Source: an uncultured delta proteobacterium (GTDB lineage Bacteria; Myxococcota; Myxococcia; Myxococcales; Myxococcaceae). From it: DNA of 64,000 nt. The notes under the pieces are model-generated. The model was given only the letters and a program-made list of their open reading frames with translations, was not told where the DNA came from and searched no databases. The position numbers and the translations under genes are program-made. Shown in pieces: positions 1 to 12,758 of this stretch. The stretch spans positions 128,001-192,000 of the forward strand of contig CAVZMH010000016.1 in NCBI GenBank assembly GCA_963776345.1. Reading direction: 5' to 3'. Position 1 is the stretch's first letter, and each line of letters opens with the position of its first letter.

Positions 1-1197
<1,197 letters not shown>

Positions 1198-1201
<4 letters not shown>

Positions 1202-2511
1202 ACGCCACGCTCGAGGAGCTCACCGCCTGGCTCGGGCAGCAGCGCTGGTTCGGCAGCAAGGGGGTCCCCATCACCAAGGTCGAGGTCCTGGAGCGGCTCC
1301 CCCTGCCCTCCACCGACGGCACGAGCGCCGAGGCGAGCGTGGTGCAGGTGAGCTATGTCCTTGGCACGCCGGAGCGCTATCTGGTGTTCCTCGAGCGGAC
1401 GGCGGACGGTCAGCTCCGCGACGCGCTCGAGGACCCGGCCGTCGCGCGCGCCGTCCTCGCCTTCGCCCGCGAGGGTCGCTCGGTCCCGGTCGGCACGGAC
1501 GTGGTCCGCAGCGAGCCCGTGGGCGACGGGGCGCGCATCCTCGGCGCGCTGCCCAGGGAGCCGTCGGTCCGGGCGCTGGGCGTGGAGCAGAGCAACACCA
1601 GCCTGGTGTTCGAGGAGAGGGTGTTGCTCAAGATCCTCCGCAAACTCGAGGTGGGCCGGTCGCCCGAGGTGGAGATGGGCCGCTTCCTGGCGACGCACGG
1701 CTACCAGGCCACCCCGCAGCTCCTGTCGGCGCTCACCCTCGAGGGCCCAAGTGCGAGCGAGGTGGCGCTGACCTACGCCTTCGTCCCCAACCAGGGCGAC
1801 GGGTGGGAATACCTCACCGCGGCGCTCCGGAGCGCGCCGGAGCCGGGGCCCGAAGTGCTGGACCGGCTCGAGCGGCTGGGCACGCGGGTGGGCGAGCTGC
1901 ACCGGGTGCTCGCCTCGGACCCGTCGGACCCGGCGTTCGCCCCGGAGCCCGTCCTCCTGGAGGACCTCCAGCGCTGGAGCAGCTCCATCGTCGGCGAGCT
2001 GGGGGTGACCCTGGCCAAGGCCGCCGAGCGGTTCCCCGGGCTGGCCGAGCGGCAGGACGCGCTCACCGGACGGGCGAAGGCGCTGGCCTCGCTCGCCCCA
2101 TCGGGGCAGAAGATCCGGCTGCATGGGGACCTCCATCTCGCGCAGGCGCTCTGGACGGGGGCCGACTGGATGGTGATCGACTTCGAGGGCGAGCCGGCCC
2201 GGCCGTTCGCCGCCCGGCGCGAGAAGCACACCCCGCTCCGGGACGTGGCGGGGATGCTCCGCTCGTTCGCCTATGCCGCGGCGGTGGAGCTGCCCCCGGA
2301 GAGGCGGCGGCGCGCGGTGGCCTCGGCGCGCACGGCCTTCCTCCAGGGGTGGCGCACTGCGGTCGAGGGCACGGGGCTCCTGCCGGCCAGCGAGGCGGAC
2401 ACCCGGGTGATGCTCGACGTGCTCGAGCTGGAGAAGACGCTCTACGAGCTGCGCTACGAGCTGCAGATGCGGCCCGACTGGGCACACATCCCGGCCGAGG
2501 CGCTCGCGTGA
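1198..2511 (+). CDS. mak: Maltokinase (Pep2/Mak, aminoglycoside-phosphotransferase fold)
   Basis: [54 protein letters not shown]; lies between treS and glgB. Confidence 0.9.
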
Positions 2512-4724
2512 CCGCCGCCGCCTCGACGGACCCGGGCCTCCGCGCCGCGCTGGATGCGGTCCGCGCGCTCCACCACCCCGACCCGCACCAGGTCCTCGGC
2601 GCCCACCCCGCGCCCGGAGGCGGCACGGTGGTGCGGGCGTACCGTCCCGAGGCCGAGGGCATCACCGTCATCACCGACGACGGCGGCGAGTTCCCGATGC
2701 GCTCGCTGGGGCGCGGAATGTTCGAGGCGCGGGTCCCGCGGCCCATCGGCCCGTACCACCTGGCGGTCGTCTACCCCGGTGGCCGCCGCTTCACCGTGGG
2801 CGACCCGTACCGCTTCTGGCCCACGGTGGGCGAGCTCGACCTGTACCTCCTCAACGAGGGGCGGCACGCCCGGCCGTGGGAGCGGCTCGGGGCGCACCCC
2901 ATGCTGCACGGCGGGACGGCGGGCACCGCCTTCGCGGTCTGGGCCCCCACCGCTGCCGGCGTCTCGGTCGTCGGCGACTTCAACGGCTGGGACGGCCGGA
3001 TCCACCCCATGCGCCGGATGGGAAGCTCGGGCATCTGGGAGCTCTTCGTGCCCGAGGTGGGCGACGGCGCCCGCTACAAGTTCGAGATCCGCCCCGCCGG
3101 CGGAGGGCCCCCGTTCCTCAAGGTGGACCCCTACGCCTTCCGGACCGAGATGCCGCCGGCCAACGCCTCGGTGGTCCACGCGCTCGACCAGTACGAGTGG
3201 AGGGACGCCGGCTGGATGGAGCAGCGGGCCCGAGGCGACCTCTGGGGTCGTCCGATGAGCGTCTACGAGGTCCACCTCGGGAGCTGGCGCCGGGTGCCCG
3301 AGCAGGGGGGGCGCCCGCTGACGTACCTCGAGCTCGCGGTGCAGCTGGCAGGGTACTGCCAGGACATGGGCTTCACCCACGTGGAGCTGCTCCCCGTGGC
3401 CGAGCATCCCTTCGGCGGCTCCTGGGGCTACCAGGTGGGCAACTACTTCGCCCCCACCGCCCGGTTCGGCCACCCCGACGACTTCCGCTTCTTCGTGGAC
3501 CACCTCCACCAGGAGGGCATCGGCCTCCTGGTGGACTGGGTGCCCGGCCACTTCCCGCGCGACGTCTGGGGCCTCGGGCGCTTCGACGGCTCGGCGCTGT
3601 TCGAGCACGCCGATCCGCGTCAGGGCGAGCAGCCCGACTGGGGCACCTACGTCTTCAACTTCGGCCGCAACGAGGTGCGCAACTTCCTGGTGGGCAACGC
3701 CCACTTCTGGATCGAGCAGTACCACGTGGACGGGCTGCGGGTGGATGCGGTGGCCTCGATGCTGTACCTCGACTACTCGAGGCAGCCGGGCGAATGGGTC
3801 CCCAACAAGTGGGGAGGCCGGGAGAACGAGGACGCCATCGCCTTCCTCAAGGAGCTCAACGGGTCGGTGCGCGAGCGGCACCCCGGGGTGCACGTCATCG
3901 CCGAGGAGTCCACCGCCTGGCCGAAGGTGACCGCGCCGGTCGGCGACGGAGGCCTCGGCTTCACCCTCAAGTGGAACATGGGGTGGATGCACGACACCCT
4001 GAAGTACTTCGCCACCGACTCGCTCTTCCGTATCCACCACCACAACACGCTGACCTTCGGGCTCCTCTACGCCTACAGCGAGCGCTACGTGCTCCCGCTC
4101 TCGCACGACGAGGTGGTGCACATGAAGGGCTCGCTCTGGGGCCGGATGCCCGGGTACGACGAGCAGAAGGCGGCGAACCTCCGCGCGCTCTTCGCCTGGA
4201 TGTGGGCTCACCCGGGCCGCAAGCTGCTGTTCATGGGCGGCGAGCTCGGCCAGCCGGCGGAGTGGAACCACGACCGGAGCCTCGACTGGCACCTCCTGAC
4301 CGACCCCGCGCACGCCGGGGTGCAGGCCCTGGTCCGGACGCTGAACCGGCTCTACCTCCAGCACCCGGCGCTGTACGCTCAGGACGACCGGTCCGAGGGC
4401 TTCCGGTGGATCCAGGCCGACTCGGCGACCAGCAACGTCTACGGCTTCCTGCGCTTCGACCGGTCGGGACGGGCCATCGCCTGCATCGCCAACCTCGCCA
4501 ATCAGGCCTGGCCCGGGTACCGGCTGGGGATGCCCCTGCCCGGCACCTGGCAGCGCATCCTGGACACCGACGCCGCGGCGGTGGGCGGGCGGGAGCGGAG
4601 CGGCCCGTCCGTGGTCGGGACCGAGCACGTCCCCTGGGACGGACTCTCCGAGTCGGTGATCCTCGACCTGCCACCCCTGACGGTGCAGTGGCTCCTCTCC
4701 CCCGAGCGCGACCCCCGGGGCTGA
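2508..4724 (+). CDS. glgB: 1,4-alpha-glucan branching enzyme
   Basis: FAVWAP, YEVHLGSW, SWGYQ, DWVPGHFP, GLRVDAVASMLYLDYSR, AEESTAWP, LSHDEVVH; GTG start overlaps the mak stop. Confidence 0.96.
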   Translation: MTAAASTDPGLRAALDAVRALHHPDPHQVLGAHPAPGGGTVVRAYRPEAEGITVITDDGGEFPMRSLGRGMFEARVPRPIGPYHLAVVYPGGRRFTVGDPYRFWPTVGELDLYLLNEGRHARPWERLGAHPMLHGGTAGTAFAVWAPTAAGVSVVGDFNGWDGRIHPMRRMGSSGIWELFVPEVGDGARYKFEIRPAGGGPPFLKVDPYAFRTEMPPANASVVHALDQYEWRDAGWMEQRARGDLWGRPMSVYEVHLGSWRRVPEQGGRPLTYLELAVQLAGYCQDMGFTHVELLPVAEHPFGGSWGYQVGNYFAPTARFGHPDDFRFFVDHLHQEGIGLLVDWVPGHFPRDVWGLGRFDGSALFEHADPRQGEQPDWGTYVFNFGRNEVRNFLVGNAHFWIEQYHVDGLRVDAVASMLYLDYSRQPGEWVPNKWGGRENEDAIAFLKELNGSVRERHPGVHVIAEESTAWPKVTAPVGDGGLGFTLKWNMGWMHDTLKYFATDSLFRIHHHNTLTFGLLYAYSERYVLPLSHDEVVHMKGSLWGRMPGYDEQKAANLRALFAWMWAHPGRKLLFMGGELGQPAEWNHDRSLDWHLLTDPAHAGVQALVRTLNRLYLQHPALYAQDDRSEGFRWIQADSATSNVYGFLRFDRSGRAIACIANLANQAWPGYRLGMPLPGTWQRILDTDAAAVGGRERSGPSVVGTEHVPWDGLSESVILDLPPLTVQWLLSPERDPRG

Positions 4725-4776
4725 GACCCCGCGTTGTGAATCCCGGGTCCGCCGTGCTTTGACGGACACTCCTGGC

Positions 4777-6555
4777 ATGCTCGAGATCCGCGAGGCGCTG
4801 CTCTTCCTGACGGTGGTGGTGGTCGCCGTCCCGCTCTTCAAGCGGCTCGGGCTCGGCTCGGTCCTGGGCTACCTCGTGGCCGGGGCGCTCATCGGCCCCC
4901 ACGGGCTCCGGCTCATCCCCGACGTCGAGGAGGTGGGCCACCTGGCCGAGCTCGGGGTGGTGCTGCTCCTCTTCCTCATCGGGCTCGAGCTCCAGCCGAG
5001 CCGGCTCTGGGAGCTGCGGACGCGGGTCTTCGGCGCGGGCGGGGCCCAGGTGGCGCTGAGCGGCGTGGCGCTGGCCCTCGGCGCGCTGGCCCTCGGGCTC
5101 TCCTGGCAGGCGGCGCTGGTGGCCGGACTCGGGCTGTCGCTCTCGTCGACGGCGTTCGCGCTCCAGCTCCTCGGCGAGCGGAACGAGCTGGCGACGGCGG
5201 GGGGCCAGACCGCCTTCGGCATCCTCCTGTTCCAGGATCTGGCAGTCATCCCGCTCCTGGCCGTGCTCCCGCTCCTCGGGCCCTCCAGCGCCAGGATGGA
5301 CACCTCGTGGGTCCCGCTGGCCAAGGCCGCCGGGCTCATCGTGCTCATCGTCTTCGTGGGGCGGACCCTGCTCCGGCCCGCGTTCCGGCTGGTCGCCTCC
5401 GCCCGGAGCCAGGAGGTCTTCACCGCCTCGGCGCTGCTGGCCGCGGTGGGGACGGCGGTCCTGGTCTCGGCGGTGGGGCTGAGCATGGCGCTCGGAGCGT
5501 TCATGGCCGGCGTGCTGCTGGCCGACTCGGAGTACCGGCACGAGCTCGAGGCGGACCTCGAGCCCTTCCGGGGCCTCCTGATGGGCCTCTTCTTCATCTC
5601 GGTCGGGATGTCGGTCGCGCTCGAGCTCTTGCTCCAGCGGCCGCTCCTCGTCGCCGGCCTGGTACTGGGGATGACCGGCCTCAAGATCGTGTCCATCGCC
5701 GCGCTGGGCCGGCGCACGCTCGGGGCCTGGCCGGCTGCCTGGGAGCTCGGGGTGCTGCTCAGCCAGGGCGGCGAGTTCGCCTTCGTGATCTTCGGCCTCG
5801 CGGTCTCGTACGAGATCCTCTCCGCCCCGCTCCGGGACACGCTGGTCCTGGTGGTGAGCCTGTCGATGGCGCTCACCCCCCTGCTCACCCTGGCCTACGA
5901 CCGCCTCGTCGCCCCCCGGCTCCGCACCCGGGACGACCGGCCGTATGATCGCGGCGTGGAGCAGGACACCCCGGTGATCATCGCCGGCTTCGGGCGGTTC
6001 GGGCAGGTCGTGGGCCGGATCCTGCGGGCCCGGGGCATCCCCTTCACCGCGATGGATGCCGACCCGGCGCAGATCGACTTCCTGAAGCGCTTCGGGAACA
6101 AGGTCTTCTACGGCGACGCGTCGCGGCTCGACCTGCTCCGGGCCGCGCGGGCGGACAAGGCCCGGCTCTTCGTGCTGGCCATCGACGAGGTGGAGGCCTC
6201 GCTCCGCACCGCGCGGGAGGTCCAGGAGCACTTCCCACATCTGGTCATCTTCGCCCGGGCCAGGAACCGGGCCCACGCCTACCAGTTGATGGAGCTCGGC
6301 ATCCAGCACGTGTCGCGGGAGACGTTCCTCTCCAGCCTGGAGCTGACCGGGGACGTCCTTCAAGAACTGGGGTTCAGCTACTCGGAGGCCCGGAGCACGC
6401 TGGACCGGTTCCGCGAGCATGACGAGCAGCTCCTCCAGGAATCCTTCCAGTACCAGCGGGACGAGAAGAAGCTCATCGAGATCGCCGAGCGGTCGCGCCG
6501 CGAGCTCGAGTCCCTCTTCGCCCGCGACGCCCAGGAGGAGCGCAAGAGCGCGTGA
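4777..6555 (+). CDS. kefB: Glutathione-regulated K+ efflux antiporter, KefB/KefC family (CPA2 + KTN domain)
   Basis: LGLGSVLGYL, SSTA, GILLFQDL, SEYRHELEADLEPF, SQGGEFAFV, KTN motif IIAGFGRFGQ; kefB versus kefC cannot be resolved. Confidence 0.88.
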   Translation: MLEIREALLFLTVVVVAVPLFKRLGLGSVLGYLVAGALIGPHGLRLIPDVEEVGHLAELGVVLLLFLIGLELQPSRLWELRTRVFGAGGAQVALSGVALALGALALGLSWQAALVAGLGLSLSSTAFALQLLGERNELATAGGQTAFGILLFQDLAVIPLLAVLPLLGPSSARMDTSWVPLAKAAGLIVLIVFVGRTLLRPAFRLVASARSQEVFTASALLAAVGTAVLVSAVGLSMALGAFMAGVLLADSEYRHELEADLEPFRGLLMGLFFISVGMSVALELLLQRPLLVAGLVLGMTGLKIVSIAALGRRTLGAWPAAWELGVLLSQGGEFAFVIFGLAVSYEILSAPLRDTLVLVVSLSMALTPLLTLAYDRLVAPRLRTRDDRPYDRGVEQDTPVIIAGFGRFGQVVGRILRARGIPFTAMDADPAQIDFLKRFGNKVFYGDASRLDLLRAARADKARLFVLAIDEVEASLRTAREVQEHFPHLVIFARARNRAHAYQLMELGIQHVSRETFLSSLELTGDVLQELGFSYSEARSTLDRFREHDEQLLQESFQYQRDEKKLIEIAERSRRELESLFARDAQEERKSA

Positions 6556-7079
6556 GGGTGCTTGCTCCCCAGATCCGGCCGGCGGTGACCGGCGACGCGC
6601 CGGCCATCGCGCGGGTCCAGGTGCTCACCTGGCAGCACACCTACCGGGGCATCCTGCCCGATGCGTTCCTGGACGCGCTCGACATGGAGCGGAGCGCGGA
6701 GAGCTGGCGTGCCGTCGTCTCCGACCGCAAGCGAATCACCCACGTGGTGGACGGCCCCGGGGTGCTGGGCTTCTGCACCGCCGGGCCCTCGCGCGGGGAC
6801 CCCGGCGGGTACCGCGGCGAGGTGGAGGCCATCTACGTGCACCCCGCCGAGCAGGCCCGCGGTCACGGCACGGCGCTGGTCCGGGCGGCGATGGGCTGGC
6901 TCGCCGGCCGACGGCTGACGCCGGTGGTGGTCTGGGCGCTCGAGGCCAACACCTCGGCCCACGGCTTCTACCAGTCGCTGGGGGCGCAGCGGCTGGACAT
7001 CCGGCTCCTGCGCATCGCCGATGCGCTCTACCCCGAGGTGGGCTTCGGCTGGCCGGAGGGAGCCTTCGACGACGACTGA
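6552..7079 (+). CDS. GNAT family N-acetyltransferase
   Basis: IRPA..DAPAIARV, IYVHP.EQARGHG (acetyl-CoA motif A), N..AHGFYQSLG. Confidence 0.85.
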   Translation: MRVLAPQIRPAVTGDAPAIARVQVLTWQHTYRGILPDAFLDALDMERSAESWRAVVSDRKRITHVVDGPGVLGFCTAGPSRGDPGGYRGEVEAIYVHPAEQARGHGTALVRAAMGWLAGRRLTPVVVWALEANTSAHGFYQSLGAQRLDIRLLRIADALYPEVGFGWPEGAFDDD

Positions 7080-7209
7080 TCGGGTCCCGCGCCGAGCCGA
7101 ATCGTGCGCGTGTCGGTCGGCCCCTGGGGGACGCCAGGACCCGGCGCTCGCTCCGGGTCCGCTCGTTCGTGGACATCCCGGAGCACCGCAGGGCGGTGCG
7201 GCTCAGCGC

Positions 7210-7706
7210 TCAGCGTGCCCGATCGAGCGTCGCGATCCACGCCTCGGGCAGTCCGGCGGCCCGGGCACCACGGACCAGCGCCTCGACGAAGCGGGGGCTC
7301 ACCGGACCCTCGAGGCTCCGCCGTCCGGGCGCGGTGGTGAAGGCCGTCGCGGTTCGCTCCCCCGCCGAGGTCCGGACCCGCACCTCGCGCTCCACGCACA
7401 TCTGGGTGATGGCCCCCTCCTTGTGCTGGATGATGGGCCAGTCCTTCGGGGCGATCTCGAAGAGCAGCCCGTGCACCTCGCCCCCGGGCCGGTCCTCGAG
7501 GCCCGCCACCCGGCCACCCCACCACCGCGAGGGGAAGTCGTAGACCAGCCCGAGGTCGAGCGCCTCCGCGCGGGTCCCCGGCGGCAGACGGAAGAAGTCG
7601 TAGCCGTGCTGGTGCCGCCACTCCTCGAAGGCCGCCGGGTCCAGGATGGTCGAGTACGCGAAGTAGGCCCGGGGCGGCCCGTCGGCGAGCCTCTCCCGGG
7701 CGGCCA

Positions 7707-7731
<25 letters not shown>
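7210..7731 (-). CDS. Gamma-glutamylcyclotransferase-fold (GGCT/AIG2-like) protein
   Basis: C-terminal part of track ORF 7210..9330; YFAYST resembles the YFAYGS motif, plus W.G.VA, VHGLLFEI and KEG (catalytic Glu position); GTG start with a GGAG-containing RBS. Confidence 0.7.
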
Positions 7732-9209
<1,478 letters not shown>

Positions 9210-9307
9210 GAGGACCGGGGGTCCTAGCACGTGCAGCCGCCCGGAAAAGCGACGCCGTCGGCGAGGTCGACGTCCCTGCCCCCGGGCCGCTAGAGAGCCG
9301 GGGCACC

Positions 9308-9836
9308 ATGGCCGACCCCCATGAGCCCACCCTGGACGCGCGGATCGAGGCAGCCGTCCGCGCCGCGCTCGACGCCGCGGGGGCACGCTACGAGGTGCTC
9401 GACTGCGACCCGGCGTTCGCCGACACCGCGGAGTTCTGTGCGCGCTACGGCATCGACCCCGCCGACTCGGCCAACGCCATCCTGGTGGCGAGCCGGCGCG
9501 GGTCCAGGGTGTACGCGCTCTGCCTGGTGCTCGCCACCACCCGGCTGGACGTCAACCACGTCGTCGCCGACCTCCTCGGGGTCAAGAAGCTGTCCTTCGC
9601 CTCGGCCGAGGAGACGGCTCAGCCTCACCGGGATGGTGCTGGGAGGCGTCACCCCGTTCGGGCTTCCCGGCTCCCTCCCGGTCTACGTCGACGCCCGCGT
9701 GCCCGGGCGCCCGACGGTGGTCGTCGGAGGCGGGAGTCGCTCCACGAAGATCCGCCTGGACCCGGAGGTCTTCCGCCGCCTGCCCGGGTGCCGCGTGGTG
9801 GAGGGGCTCGCGATGGAGCGCCCGGGAAACACCTGA
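9308..9836 (+). pseudogene. YbaK/EbsC/ProX-like aminoacyl-tRNA editing domain protein, frameshifted (pseudogene or sequencing error)
   Basis: N-half ADTAEFCA..G...SANAILV..KKLSFASAEET in one frame, C-half LTGMVLGGVTPFG in the next; one extra C near 9623. Confidence 0.8.
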
Positions 9837-9993
9837 GCGGGAGCCCCCCCGACTCCAGCGGCGCTGCAACGCTCGCCGCGGCCAGGCCCCGGGAGCCTCT
9901 TGCGCGCACGCCTTGCGCGGCCGGTCCCCCGCCCCCCCTGGCCAGCGCCCCGGTACGAGAAATGCTCGCTCCACACGGGCGGAGGGCTCCCCG

Positions 9994-10311
9994 ATGACCG
10001 CATTCGAGCTCCTGACCGCGGTGGCCTTCGGAGCAGTGGCCGGATTCGCTCTCGCCGTGACGGGACGCTGGCGTGCGCTGGGCTGGGCGCGTGCGCTCGG
10101 GGGCGGAGCGCTCGGAGGCATCGTCGCGGGGCTCGTCGGAAGCACCGCCTTCGCCGAGAGCCCGACCTGGGGTGAGCTGCGCTTCCGCCCGGCCGTGGCC
10201 GCCTGCGCCCTGACCGGGGGTGCGCTGGTGGTTGCACTGCACCAGCTTCTCGGCGATGCCCACGCCCGGAGGCGCACAGCGAGGGCCCACCGGTACTCGG
10301 CCTCCCGCTGA
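9994..10311 (+). CDS. Small Gly/Ala-rich membrane protein
   Basis: GGAGG upstream of ATG; three hydrophobic segments; 10 bp upstream of pfkA. Confidence 0.55.
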   Translation: MTAFELLTAVAFGAVAGFALAVTGRWRALGWARALGGGALGGIVAGLVGSTAFAESPTWGELRFRPAVAACALTGGALVVALHQLLGDAHARRRTARAHRYSASR

Positions 10312-10321
10312 AAGGACACCG

Positions 10322-11419
10322 ATGCGGATCGGAATCAACACCGGGGGCGGAGACGCTCCGGGACTGAACGCGGTCATCCACGCGGTGGTGCTCTCGGCCC
10401 ACCACCGCGGCTGGGAGGTCTACGGCATCCAGACCGGGTACGCGGGGCTGCTCGATACGAGCAAGACCACCCGGCTGACCCCGGCCCACGTGGAGTCCAT
10501 CGTCGACCGGGGCGGCACCATCCTCGGGACCACCAACCGTGCCGACCCGTTCCGGTTCCCGGTGCGAGGTCCCTCCGGCGAGGTGACCTTCACCGACGTC
10601 TCGGACGAGGTGGTGCGGAACTTCCGCGCGCTGAGGCTGGACGCCCTGGTGGCAGTCGGCGGGGACGGGAGCATGAGGCTCGCCGCGCGCTTCGCGGCCA
10701 AGGGCATCCCGATGATCGGCGTCCCGAAGACCATCGACAACGACCTCGCGGACACCAACTACAGCTTCGGCTTCGACACCGCGGTCACCACCGCCACCGA
10801 CGCCGTGGACAAGCTGCACTCCACCGCCAGCGCGCACCAGCGGGTGTTCGTGGTCGAGGTGATGGGCCGCTACGTGGGGTGGATCGCGCTCCACACCGGG
10901 CTGACCGGCTCGGCCGACGTCATCCTGCTCCCCGAGATTCCCTTCGACCTCGAGTACGTCTGCGCGAAGATCCGTTCCAACGAGCGCCGCGGGAAGGCGT
11001 ACGGGATCATCGTCGCCGCCGAGGGGGCGAAGCCGCTCGGTGGACAGCTCCACACCCGCACTCAGTCCACCCTCGGGCGAGAGGAGCCGCTGCTCGGGGG
11101 CATCGCCGAGTGGGTGGCCCAGGAGGTGGGCCAGCGCACCGGGAAAGAGACGCGGTCCCTGGTGCTCGGACACCTGCAGCGCGGAGGCTCGCCCACCCCG
11201 TTCGACCGGCTGGTGGCCCTGCGGTACGGGGCCGCCGCGGTGCGCTTTCTCGCCGAGGGCAAGCGCAACGTGCTGGTCGCCTACCAGCCGCCGGAGATGG
11301 TGCCGGTGCCGCTGGAGGGCGCCGCGTCCCGGCGGAAGACAGTCCCGGTGGACAGCGACACCATCAAGACCTGCCGCGAGCTCGGCATCTCGCTGGGGGA
11401 CGCGCCCCCGGTGGAGTGA
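10322..11419 (+). CDS. pfkA: 6-phosphofructokinase (PfkA family)
   Basis: GGGDAPGLNAVI, GGTILGT, GGDGS, PKTIDND, EVMGR, LGHLQRGG. Confidence 0.95.
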   Translation: MRIGINTGGGDAPGLNAVIHAVVLSAHHRGWEVYGIQTGYAGLLDTSKTTRLTPAHVESIVDRGGTILGTTNRADPFRFPVRGPSGEVTFTDVSDEVVRNFRALRLDALVAVGGDGSMRLAARFAAKGIPMIGVPKTIDNDLADTNYSFGFDTAVTTATDAVDKLHSTASAHQRVFVVEVMGRYVGWIALHTGLTGSADVILLPEIPFDLEYVCAKIRSNERRGKAYGIIVAAEGAKPLGGQLHTRTQSTLGREEPLLGGIAEWVAQEVGQRTGKETRSLVLGHLQRGGSPTPFDRLVALRYGAAAVRFLAEGKRNVLVAYQPPEMVPVPLEGAASRRKTVPVDSDTIKTCRELGISLGDAPPVE

Positions 11420-11489
11420 TGCCCGGCGACTGGGCCACTGGCGTTTTCGCCTCCGTGCAGCGCAGAGTCCCCGGGCGGAGGGGGCGTCC

Positions 11490-11981
11490 ATGGAGAAGGC
11501 ACCGTCGATCGACGGGTACACCCGTGACGTCTGGCGCGCGGTGGGCCGGCTCTGGCCCAACCTCGGCAAGGATCCCGCCGCGGTCGTCCAGCCCTACATC
11601 CCCGTGCTCCCGGCCTTCCTCGCCGAGGCGCACCGGAAGGGCCAGACGCCCGAGTCGGCGGCGCTGGAGGTGATGCGGTTCTTCCTCCGCATCTACATCG
11701 AGAACGCGCTCACCGAGGAGGAGCGCAACGCCCAGCTGGTGGACCTGCAGGCGCTGTCGAAGCGCTCCTTCGAGGAGAGCCAGGCGGTTCCCGTGCTCCC
11801 GTTCACCGCGGCCCTCTTCGGCGCCCAGCAGACCGTCTCGGAGTGGACCGCCGAGGAGAAGGTCGCCAACGACGCCGGCCAGGGGCTGAACCGCGAGGTC
11901 CTCGCCGCGCTCCTGGGGAAGTCCCCCGGCGAGGTGTCCCGTCTCGGCTGGCTCACCCTCGAGGCCGCCGGGAAGTCGTGA
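11490..11981 (+). CDS. Hypothetical helical protein
   Basis: GGAGG RBS, host-like codon usage, 163 aa. Confidence 0.65.
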   Translation: MEKAPSIDGYTRDVWRAVGRLWPNLGKDPAAVVQPYIPVLPAFLAEAHRKGQTPESAALEVMRFFLRIYIENALTEEERNAQLVDLQALSKRSFEESQAVPVLPFTAALFGAQQTVSEWTAEEKVANDAGQGLNREVLAALLGKSPGEVSRLGWLTLEAAGKS

Positions 11982-12144
11982 CTCAGCGGGTCTCCGGCAT
12001 CAGCTGCCAGCTCCCTGCAGGCCAGCAGGAGATCCAGCGACATGGCGTCCCTCCGGTCTCGCCTGGGCTGCTCCGCTGCGAGATCCGGTCCACCCTAGCT
12101 CACGCGTGTGGGGCCCGGCCGGTGATGCTACCGTGCTGCCGCTC

Positions 12145-12747
12145 ATGTACCCGGATCGCTTCCGGCTCCCCTTCCTCGCCGGCGTGCTGATCGCCGCCGC
12201 CGAGCGCCGGCGCCCCGCCCTCGGCCCGTGGTCGCCCGAGGCGGAGGAGCAGCTGCGGCACGCGTTCGACTCGGAGCTGGACGAGGTGCGGCGCAGCTTC
12301 CTCGAGTCGTTCGACGACCCCGGCTGGTTCGCCCGGGTCGAGGAGAAGCTCGGGGAAGTCGCCCTGCCCCGCTACCTCGCCGAGGCCAGGCGGGAGACGG
12401 AGCTGGAGCAGCGCGGGTACGGGCTCTGGCGCGGGGGAGACCTCGTGTCCCGCGTCGTCTGGGGCCTCGGCGGTTTCTTCCTCGGGGTGTTCCTGGTGAA
12501 GGCGCCGTTCATCCCCATCCCCACCACCTGGGACCTGCTCGCCTTCGGGATGCTGCTCCTCTGCCCCTTCATCCCGGACCTCCAGATCGCCCTGCACCGT
12601 CGCCGCCACCGCCGCGCGCTCCGGGCCATCGTCGAGGACCTGCAGGACGCCGAGGCGAAGCTCGATCTCTACCAACCGCTGTCGTCGCCGGAGAGCCCGG
12701 GAACCGCCGTGACGGCTCCCCGCGCCTCCATCCGGCAGAAGGGCTGA
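12145..12747 (+). CDS. Hypothetical membrane protein (two central TM helices)
   Basis: Hydrophobic pair VVWGLGGFFLGVFLV / LLAFGMLLLCPFI; stop lies 11 bp before the first SPFH gene. Confidence 0.7.
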   Translation: MYPDRFRLPFLAGVLIAAAERRRPALGPWSPEAEEQLRHAFDSELDEVRRSFLESFDDPGWFARVEEKLGEVALPRYLAEARRETELEQRGYGLWRGGDLVSRVVWGLGGFFLGVFLVKAPFIPIPTTWDLLAFGMLLLCPFIPDLQIALHRRRHRRALRAIVEDLQDAEAKLDLYQPLSSPESPGTAVTAPRASIRQKG

Positions 12748-12758
12748 CGGTGCAGCCG

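Noticed and set aside
9600..9640. Programmed ribosomal frameshift in the YbaK gene
   Set aside because: No slippery sequence or stimulator, and the same single-base pattern occurs in three unrelated genes.
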